NCBI GenBank assembly: GCA_039586365.1 | Contig: JBDHKN010000120.1 | Location: forward strand, 1-15,296 | Length of the DNA: 15,296 nt | Source of the DNA: Gemmatimonadota bacterium | GTDB lineage: Bacteria > Gemmatimonadota > Gemmatimonadetes > Gemmatimonadales > GWC2-71-9 | Direction of reading: 5' to 3' | Shown: positions 8,817 to 15,296 of the stretch, in pieces | How the letters are laid out: each line of letters opens with the position of its first letter | Numbering within the stretch: the first letter of the stretch is position 1 | Position numbers and translations under genes: made by a program | Notes under the pieces: generated by a model | Seen by the model: only the letters and a program-made list of their open reading frames with translations | The model's database searches: none | What the model was told of the DNA's origin: nothing

Positions 8817-9419
8817 GATAGGAAATTGCTTTCACTCATCCCAAGTATGCCGCACGGAATTGGAGTTGTCCAAGCGCTGGGCTTAGCATCGCGACGTCCC
8901 CCTGTCGACTCGAACGTCCGAAGAGGACGGGATTTGCTGCAAAACCCGGGTGAACAGTGATATCGGAACGGTGATTGGCGCAGCCGGACAACCCAACGAT
9001 CCCCGAGCGGTGATCGCCCGGGTATGTCAGCGCGCTGCTAGGCTGAGGCGGTCGTGACGGCGGACTTCCAGCGTCTGGGCGGAGCGCGTGGCCGCGGGCG
9101 AGTTGCCGCGGTGCGTCGCAGGTGGTCGAGGATGCGGTCGATGATCTGTGGCTCGGTGATGAACGCGACTATGCGCATCTCTTCACCGCAGCGGGGACAC
9201 GCTAGGGGATCGACCTCGAAGATACGGCGCAGCAGCTCGGCCCAACGCCTGCCTGCCTCGCTCAGCGCCTCGCGCGCTGGGTCGACGCATACGCTCGGGT
9301 GTTCCTCGCCTGCCTCGGTGGCCTTACGCCGCATTCCCCTCACCCGGGAAGCGTACCAGCCATAGTAGGGCTGCAGGACCTGGCCTTTGTTGGGGATGTG
9401 GCTCACTACGCGGGCCAGG
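8814..9419 (-). mobile_element. IS91-family (rolling-circle) element, 3' remnant with oriIS, copy 1
   Basis: Transposase C-terminus, a ~220-bp 3' region with hairpins (CGTCC-gaaga-GGACG; cggg-a-tttg-ctg-caaa-a-cccg) and terminal GAAAGCAATTTCCTATC resembling the IS91/ISCR oriIS core (..TTCCTAT..). Repeated at 14305. Confidence 0.85.
9038..9418 (-). pseudogene. IS91-family (Y2_Tnp) transposase, C-terminal fragment
   Basis: LARVVSHIPNKGQVLQPYYGWYASRVRG...WAELLRRIFEVDPLACPRCGEEMRIVAFITEPQIIDRILDHL...RAPP is the characteristic IS91-like transposase C-terminus. The N-terminal catalytic part is absent. Confidence 0.88.
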
Positions 9420-9687
9420 TTATCTCGGCGTCTGCCAGGTAGTAAGGATCGAGCGTCACCTGGTGCACGGGCAACTCATTCTCGTCCCCTTCCGAAAACA
9501 CGTCACCCATCGCAAAGGAGCCCCCGTTGACGAGGATCATCGTGGACCCGTCCGGTGCGGTTGACCGATTGTCGAGCGCCGGCGCGCCCGCAGCGGCACC
9601 GATGCAGAGAACGAGTAACAGCACTGCCGCCACGGTACCCAGGCCGCGCGGGAAGAATCGGAAACGAACGCTATCGATGAACGCCAT
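9420..9687 (-). pseudogene. SUMF1/EgtB/PvdO (FGE-sulfatase) family exported protein, N-terminal fragment
   Basis: GGAG RBS, ATG 9687, signal peptide, then MILVNGGSFAMGDVFSEGDENELPVHQVTLDPYYLADAEIT, the start of the FGE-sulfatase domain. It breaks exactly where the transposase fragment begins (~9419). Confidence 0.85.
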
Positions 9688-9750
9688 GACACTCTCCTGG
9701 TCTGGTTCGTCAGAGCACGTTTCCGGCAATCTGGGCATCGCCCAGCGCGG

Positions 9751-9892
9751 GCCCAACCGTTTTGCAGCGAGTGGTCGCGTTGGCGCAGGGAACGGGCGGG
9801 GTTGCCCGCAGGGAACGAGGGCTGCGGGCACGTAGACGCTCTGCTCTGCTGGCAATCGTCGGTGGCGCTCGCGCGACGTCGGCGGGTTAGAT
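9751..9892 (-). repeat. attC-like long imperfect palindrome
   Basis: Minus strand: ATCTAAC (RYYYAAC, 9892-9886) ... GTTGGGC (GTTRRRY, 9757-9751), 142 bp. Near-central perfect 9-bp stem TGCCCGCAG/CTGCGGGCA (9803-9830) and gcgagtg/cgctcgc arms. The next gene starts ~64 bp after the core site on the same strand. Confidence 0.4.
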
Positions 9893-10117
9893 GTTGCGGA
9901 ACAGTTGAAGTACGAGGGTGGCCTTCGTGCCCCAAATGGCTCAGGGAAGAGCAAGGCGACTTTGGGGGGAGCGTGTGCGTGCTGGTTGTGGGGTAGGCGC
10001 GGAATGGTGCAACGGCAGTAGGATGGAGGCGGGTTTGTGAGGGATTGTGACTTCGTGCGGAACCGTCAGGTATCAACGGTAGAAGCTCGAGATCCAGCCC
10101 GAGTGAGGTTGCCGACT

Positions 10118-10690
10118 GTGAAGTGCCGCAATCTGAGTGTCTGCTTTCTCGTCCTGCTCGCGGCGTGCGGTAGTGGCGTCACCGATACGACCGGCACAAT
10201 CGAGCAGCGATACCTGTTCGAAGTCGAACATGTGAACCACGCATGGGGGCTCTTCTGGCGCGGGCTGGTGATCGACCGCGAGGGAGATATCTACGCGTAC
10301 GATCTTGAGCACGGAGCGTGGGAGCGGGCTAGCGCCGATTGGTACACGGAATCGGAACTCGAGGACAAGTACGGACACGAGGCCAGGTACGTCGGTCGCA
10401 TCGACGAAGCCACGATCGTCCAGCAGTTCGGCCGAATCGAGGATGTTGGCGTTGAGCTTCCGGCCCCGCAGCACGTCTGCGCCGACGCGGGTTCGTTCAC
10501 ATACCGCGCGTTCCGTTACGAGTCGGACGGCGGTCGCTATCATCCGCTGCTGCTCCGACAAGAGGGTGATCTCGTTCAGGTCAACACGTCGGATGCGGCA
10601 GAAGACCTCGCTGCGTGGTTGCGCAACTTGGTGTTGGCGCTGGAGAACGCGGGCATCACGCCGTTCAATCAGGGACTGTGTACGCCGTAG
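10118..10690 (+). CDS. Hypothetical lipoprotein
   Basis: GTG 10118 with GAGG upstream. KCRNLSVCFLVLLAA-C-GSG lipobox. Globular body (YLFEVEHVNHAWG...GLVIDREGDIYAY...CADAGSFTY). Confidence 0.8.
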   Translation: MKCRNLSVCFLVLLAACGSGVTDTTGTIEQRYLFEVEHVNHAWGLFWRGLVIDREGDIYAYDLEHGAWERASADWYTESELEDKYGHEARYVGRIDEATIVQQFGRIEDVGVELPAPQHVCADAGSFTYRAFRYESDGGRYHPLLLRQEGDLVQVNTSDAAEDLAAWLRNLVLALENAGITPFNQGLCTP

Positions 10691-10694
10691 AGTC

Positions 10695-10711
10695 TGGCGG
10701 CGCAGCCGCCA
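10695..10711 (+). terminator. Stem-loop after stop (possible terminator or stability hairpin, no U-tract)
   Basis: TGGCGGC-gca-GCCGCCA 4 bp after the stop at 10690. A second hairpin GCAAGGC-N8-GCCTTGC lies at 10740-10761. Confidence 0.35.
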
Positions 10712-10852
10712 CAACCCCGGTGTCAGCAAGATACCGTTCGCAAGGCGTAACCTGGCCTTGCCACACCTTGTTGACCTCGCAAGCCCCAGGGCCACAATCT
10801 CCATTCAAGATTGGTGGGCCGTAAACAGTGCGCGCTCACTAGGTGGCATAAC

Positions 10853-12445
10853 ATGCGGCATCGCTCGTTCTTCCTTAGTGGACAGCCTGTTGGTGTGATC
10901 GCGGCAGCATCGTTGTCTGCCGCTGCATGCAGCGTGGATCAGTCGACTGACCCTAATGTCCTGTTTCCGCCCGTGACCGGACCGGCTGACGTAGCCACCT
11001 GCTCTTACACGCCACCAACATATCCAAACCCAGTCGTCGAGGATCCGGACCCGATGCATGAGACTAACGATCTCACCATCGGCTGGATCAGCCGTCTGCC
11101 AGAGATCGACTACGTGTGGAGCAGTTCCGACCCTGCTCGAGAGGGCTGGCCTGTTCCAGGCGAAGCCGTAACCTGGCGAGCTCACGTGAAGAACTGGGCC
11201 GGTACGCTCAAGGAAGACGTCGTCTATGAGTGGCGGCTGGACGGCATCGTCGTGAGTTCGGGAACGGTAGACATTGATGCCGGGTCATATGTCACCGTGG
11301 ACTTTGTCTGGATCTGGGAGTTCGCTCGGCACGAATTGGAGTTCGTGCTGGAACCGCAACAGGCGGCCGGAAACAGGCTCGTTACCTACACGGACGCGAT
11401 CACCATTGGGTTCTACGTCGAGCAAGGTATGTACGACCACTTCCACGAGCATCAGCACGAGCTGGAGGTGGGCTCCAACTCGTTCGAGGGTTGGGCACAA
11501 CGACAGATACGTTCCTGGAACGAGATGTTCGAGCGGGCGGTGTACCCCGAGACGCCTCACGGTGTACTGGATCGCATCAGGATCCAGGAGATCCTGGTCC
11601 AGCCCGACGGAATTATATGGAGAGAGCCCATTGCTGATCGGCGCACAGTCGATCTGCGCTGGTGGATACGGTTCGAGTTCAACACGGGTCCGTACGACGC
11701 GTTCAACAATTACCTCGACTACACTCAAGCTGACATTTCCAATCCGTTCTTCTACGATGCCATCATCTTTCACGAACTGGGCCACGCGCGCTATCTCAAA
11801 GACGTGTACGCCTTCGACGTCTTTACCGGTGGCAGGTATACGCAGGTATCCGTTCTGGAATCCGGGACTCCCGTGGCCGGGTCCAGGTACATGCCCTTTG
11901 TTGGATCCTCGAGCCGTGGTAATGCGGTCTTTCATGCGCCGGAACGCGGGTTGATGAAGAGCCACGCCTTCTTGTTCATTGACCGCTACAGCGCAGTCGC
12001 CTTGAACCTCATCGCCGGCCACCGCGCCACCATGGGCAACAAGAACGCACCAGCCAACGTCGGTTCCTACATGTGGGACCTTCCGGCGGAGAACCGTCTG
12101 ACTGTCCGCGACGAGCTGGGGCGCCCGTTGCCACGCGCAAAGGTCGCTGTCTATCAGGACGACCTGATCGATCCCAACCCCTACGGCATGTACTACGACG
12201 ATTCCCCCGATCTGGAGTTCACTGCGGACGGTGAGGGAACCGTACTGCTCGGCAGGGATCCGTTTGCTTTAGAGGATTACCACGCTGAGATGGGTGAGCC
12301 GAAGCCGATCACGCTGATTCTCAGGGTGGAGCACGCAGCCGGTGTCGGATATGGGTTCCTGCCGGCCTACCTGTTCAACCTCGAATACTGGCGCGGCAAC
12401 ACGGAACAGGGTGAGTACGACCTGTGCGTTTCACTGATACCGTGA
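10853..12445 (+). CDS. Lipoprotein with CARDB/Ig-like domain and HEXXH zinc-metallopeptidase motif
   Basis: ATG 10853 (AGGTGG RBS); SLSAAA-C lipobox. DLTIGWI...PVPGEAVTWRAHVKNW...YEWRLDG...VTVDFVW...HELEFVLEP is CARDB-like. IIFHELGH at 11771-11785. C-terminal LTVRDELGRPLPRAKVAVY...ADGEG is carboxypeptidase-regulatory/Ig-like. Confidence 0.8.
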   Translation: MRHRSFFLSGQPVGVIAAASLSAAACSVDQSTDPNVLFPPVTGPADVATCSYTPPTYPNPVVEDPDPMHETNDLTIGWISRLPEIDYVWSSSDPAREGWPVPGEAVTWRAHVKNWAGTLKEDVVYEWRLDGIVVSSGTVDIDAGSYVTVDFVWIWEFARHELEFVLEPQQAAGNRLVTYTDAITIGFYVEQGMYDHFHEHQHELEVGSNSFEGWAQRQIRSWNEMFERAVYPETPHGVLDRIRIQEILVQPDGIIWREPIADRRTVDLRWWIRFEFNTGPYDAFNNYLDYTQADISNPFFYDAIIFHELGHARYLKDVYAFDVFTGGRYTQVSVLESGTPVAGSRYMPFVGSSSRGNAVFHAPERGLMKSHAFLFIDRYSAVALNLIAGHRATMGNKNAPANVGSYMWDLPAENRLTVRDELGRPLPRAKVAVYQDDLIDPNPYGMYYDDSPDLEFTADGEGTVLLGRDPFALEDYHAEMGEPKPITLILRVEHAAGVGYGFLPAYLFNLEYWRGNTEQGEYDLCVSLIP

Positions 12446-12514
12446 GCAGTTGGTGCATCTGCTTGTCGTGTGCTGGAGAGAGATAGAGTGCCCCAAGTAG
12501 GAAGGAGCCCATAC

Positions 12515-12988
12515 GTGACAAAGAAATGGTACCTCTTGCGACCGGTTTCGCTGTTATTGTCTGTGGTGTGCCTTTCGGTGTGCAACACCGATCACTCAAC
12601 CGGTCCTGACCGGGCTGTCTTCTCATCTGGGGCGGCCACCATTAAGGGCACCTACCAGTTCAATTTCGACGCCGGTTCTGGTGGAACGGAACCAATTCCG
12701 CCGGGTGGTGTGGCCGACGTGTGGTGGCGCAGGCGTATTGATGACAGTCGCTGGCTTGAACCACAAAACGGAGCCACATTTGTGGTGTTGGGGTCAACCG
12801 AATTCGACGGGATTAGTTGGGAGGACGCCGCAGAAGCCATCAAGAGCGAGAACCCCATTCCCCACTCCGAAATGCCAGTCGGAACGGTTCTGGTCTATAC
12901 GACTGATGTCGGCCGGTTCGGGAAGTTCAGGATCAACGCCTACTCCGGCAACCAGGATATGTCCATTGATTGGGTGACCTGGGAATAG
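12515..12988 (+). CDS. Hypothetical exported/lipoprotein, beta-rich domain
   Basis: AAGGAG RBS before GTG 12515. Signal ending CLSV-C-NTDHSTGP. Body GTYQFNFDAG..ADVWW..WLEPQNGA..GTVLVYTTDVGRFGKFRI..IDWVTW looks like a conserved beta-rich module. Confidence 0.75.
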   Translation: MTKKWYLLRPVSLLLSVVCLSVCNTDHSTGPDRAVFSSGAATIKGTYQFNFDAGSGGTEPIPPGGVADVWWRRRIDDSRWLEPQNGATFVVLGSTEFDGISWEDAAEAIKSENPIPHSEMPVGTVLVYTTDVGRFGKFRINAYSGNQDMSIDWVTWE

Positions 12989-13054
12989 AGCAGGCCAATT
13001 CCTGTGCACCAGGCAAGGAAGGTCGGGCAATAGCAGAGGCGGTGCCTCGCCGGA

Positions 13055-13759
13055 TCAGAGCTTCTCGCAGACGGCTTCGAAGGCCGTGTAGTGCAGTTCA
13101 TGGAATCCCTCGAACACGGATTCCTCTCCAAAGAACAGCCAGATGGAACCGTCCTCTCCCGCGGTTGCCACGAGGGGGCCGACGCCCTCTCCCAGCATCC
13201 CCAGTCCAAACTCCCCGCTGCACCCCGGATCATCGTTGCGGATCTCTCCCAGGAGCACGGCCTCGCTTCCCACCACGGCTCCTCCCCCTTTGTCCGCACT
13301 GAGGCGATACCAGCCCTCCGCTGTTCCGATGACCCGCACCGGCTCGTCAGCCACGGCGCCGGCCTTCAGGAGAAGGCCCAGACCTGCGGCGCAATCCCGG
13401 CCCAGCCTGGTAGCGAACCCGACATGGAAGGTGACCCGATAGCTGGCCCCAGGCTCCAGACCGTCCACCTGTCGCTTGTAGTACATGAAGAGGTCATCGC
13501 TCAGGTTCAGCCCCTCGTGGTAGAGCGCCTTCCCGGCTCCGTCCAGGGGTGGCGGAAGGGAGCGGTGATCGGAGACAAAGCCAACGTCCCCCTCCCGATC
13601 CGTAGGAAAGTCCACGAAATCCGCGATCCATCCCTGCTCCCCGGCGTTGAAGTCGAAGGAGAAGGTGATGGGATCATTGGATGGTTGGGTGGGGCCGCGG
13701 TCCCCACAGGCCGCCAAGACGGCGCATGCGGTGGTCAGGAGCGTGGGGAGATATCTCAT
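13055..13759 (-). CDS. Hypothetical lipoprotein
   Basis: ATG 13759. MRYLPTLLTTACAVLAA-C-GDRGPTQP lipobox. Conserved-looking body FDFNAGEQGWIADFVD..GLNLSDDLFMYYKRQVDGLEPG..LKAGA..DKG..WLFFGEESVFEG. Confidence 0.82.
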   Translation of the reverse strand: MRYLPTLLTTACAVLAACGDRGPTQPSNDPITFSFDFNAGEQGWIADFVDFPTDREGDVGFVSDHRSLPPPLDGAGKALYHEGLNLSDDLFMYYKRQVDGLEPGASYRVTFHVGFATRLGRDCAAGLGLLLKAGAVADEPVRVIGTAEGWYRLSADKGGGAVVGSEAVLLGEIRNDDPGCSGEFGLGMLGEGVGPLVATAGEDGSIWLFFGEESVFEGFHELHYTAFEAVCEKL

Positions 13760-14040
13760 TGGTATCCAACCCGGTGGTCCCCGGGATCGTCGGCCACGAC
13801 GCACACGCCTGGCTCGAGCATCCCCGGCCACCCTGGTTCGAGGGCTTCGTTGGTTCGACGGTTGGTGCGAGTGCTGGTAACATCAGATAGGGGATCGCCA
13901 GCACCGTCCAGCAAGGCAATCGCGTAGGTCCTGCATTCATCCCTGCATGCGCACGGACTCGTCGGATCCTCGGAGCAAGCGACAGTGTCGTTGAATTCGT
14001 CGGTCACGCCTGCAAGGGCGGCAACACGCAAATGAGTCAT
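13756..14040 (-). pseudogene. Possible degraded lipoprotein gene coupled to 13055-13759
   Basis: MTHLRVAALAGVT...VA-C-SEDPTSP resembles the neighbouring lipoprotein starts, but the h-region is interrupted (DEFND). Its TGA overlaps the next ATG (ATGA, 13759-13756). Confidence 0.35.
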
Positions 14041-14304
14041 GTGATCAGGCCCCCATCCCGGTCCACTCTGGATACCCTGAGATGACATGCGAGGTCACAT
14101 GTGGTGCGCGAATTCGGTTACCACAGCTTGCACCATACTTGCGACGTTCGTCGCGCTGCACGGCAACGAGTGTGAGATGGAGTGTCAGCGGCCTGTGTGC
14201 TTGCCGCGGCTCCTACCCGCGACCCCCTGAAGCGCATGCGTCCGACCCGGAATTCTGTAGACCAGCACACGCGCTCACACGGCATCCTGCTCTACGGCCT
14301 CGGC

Positions 14305-14696
14305 CACGATAGGAAATTGCTTTCACTCATCCCAAGTATGCCGCACGGAATTGGAGCAGTCCAAGCGCTGGACTTAGCATTGCGACGTCCCCCTGTCGAC
14401 TCGAACGTCCGAAGAGGACGGGATTTGCTGCAAAACCCGGGTCAACAGTGATATCGGAACGGTGATTGGCGCAGCCGGGCAACCCAACGATCCCCGAGCG
14501 GTGATCGCCCGGGTATGTCAGCGCGCTGCTAGGCTGAGGCGGTCGTGACGGCGGACTTCCAGCGTCTGGGCGGAGCGCGTGGTTGCGGGCGAGTTGCCGC
14601 GGTGCGTCGCAGGTAGTCGAGGATGCGGCCGACGATCTGTGGCTCGGAGATGAACGCGACTATGCGCATCTCTTCACCGCAGCGGGGATGGGCTCA
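14305..14696 (-). mobile_element. IS91-family 3' remnant with oriIS, copy 2 (internally deleted)
   Basis: 14305-14688 matches 8814-9197 (384 bp, 12 substitutions by my count, no indels). It then jumps via GGGGA microhomology to sequence matching ~9397-9405. Transposase tail stop at 14529-14531. Confidence 0.88.
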
Positions 14697-14698
14697 AT

Positions 14699-14768
14699 AC
14701 TGACCGAGAAGCAGTAGGTCACGCGGGATACACATTGGTGCACCGTGGATGGGGAATCCAGTGTGCAC
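14699..14768 (+). repeat. Diverged paralog of 6591-6661 (end of the 6298-6609 gene plus downstream hairpin)
   Basis: actgaccgagaaGcAgtaggt vs actgaccgagaaTcGgtaggt (19/21), shared ggatac, and gcAccgtGgatggggaatccaGtgTgcAc vs gcGccgtAgatggggaatccaCtgGgcGc (24/29). Confidence 0.75.
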
Positions 14769-14936
14769 GTCCAAGCCATTGTAGGATAACGAGCTCGAAC
14801 GACCACCGGAACATGTCACGCCGCAACATCTCCTTACGCGTGGACCTTTTCGGCGATAAACTCAACGTCGGAGCCGTAACCAAGAGTCGTCGACGCAGCA
14901 CTGTGGAGGTAGGAACGCGTTGACAGGAGCATACCA

Positions 14937-15296
14937 ATGACGACTGACGCGAACCCTGACCTTGAGAGCACACCACCCTGCAGGGAACGCTGGGCAAATT
15001 GTGGTGTCGAGGCCGACGAGGAGATGCGAGAAATCGACCGGCTGGAGGACGAGCTCTCGCCGCTGCCCGAAAACATCACACGCATAAGAAAGCTCATTTC
15101 GACTCTCGAGCTCTGCCATCACAAGGCCGAGCGCTGGGTCACGAATATCATCGAGGCGATCGGCGAGGGAGATACATCCAAGGGACTCGGCACCCGAACG
15201 GCCGGTGAGATCCATCCGGCGGAGCGTGACTGGATAAACGCCTGTACGGCGCTTTCAGCCTGGTGTGCCGGACAACCGGCCGCTTCCGTCGAAATC
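14937..15296 (+). CDS. Hypothetical protein, 3'-truncated by window edge
   Basis: CAGGAG RBS, ATG 14937, open for 120 codons to the window end: MTTDANPDLESTPPCRERWANCGVEADEEMREIDRLEDELSPLPENITRIRKLISTLELCHHKAERWVTNIIEAIG... Absent from the ORF track because no stop is included. Confidence 0.75.
   Translation, partial: MTTDANPDLESTPPCRERWANCGVEADEEMREIDRLEDELSPLPENITRIRKLISTLELCHHKAERWVTNIIEAIGEGDTSKGLGTRTAGEIHPAERDWINACTALSAWCAGQPAASVEI

Noticed and set aside
9406..9954. 182-aa ORF as an intact gene
   Set aside because: The first half crosses a palindromic non-coding element; the real start is 9687 and the FGE domain is cut at the IS junction.
13091..13927. 278-aa plus-strand ORF
   Set aside because: Antisense shadow of the 13055-13759 lipoprotein.
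1..15296. CRISPR array, tRNA/rRNA, retron/RT or phage genes
   Set aside because: No regularly spaced repeat-spacer units, cloverleaf, RT motifs or phage hallmark proteins seen.

Overview
GC-rich bacterial accessory region. The PadR/ADOP pair, the TolB-like/TPR remnant and the 'C-x-x-x-P-T-x-P'-style lipoproteins suggest a Gemmatimonadota/Acidobacteriota-like host (inference). From left to right: a decayed TolB-like/TPR regulator pseudogene; an intact PadR + ADOP (duplicated orphan MacB/FtsX-type permease) operon with a tandem palindromic operator; a signal-peptide NIPSNAP protein; an MBL-fold hydrolase; a small hypothetical gene; a Tat-exported class V PLP enzyme; and an AraC-like fragment cut by an IS91-family oriIS end. 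Two ~97% identical, directly repeated 3' remnants of this IS91-like rolling-circle element (8814-9419 and 14305-14696) bracket ~4.9 kb carrying a truncated FGE/SUMF1-family gene and 4-5 uncharacterised lipoprotein genes, one a HEXXH metalloprotease. Finer-scale structure includes two degenerate attC-like palindromes and a hidden ~70-bp paralogous segment (6591-6661 vs 14699-14768) at the IS junction. A hypothetical CDS runs off the right edge. No rRNA, tRNA or CRISPR array was seen. All family assignments come from motif recognition by eye, not database searches.
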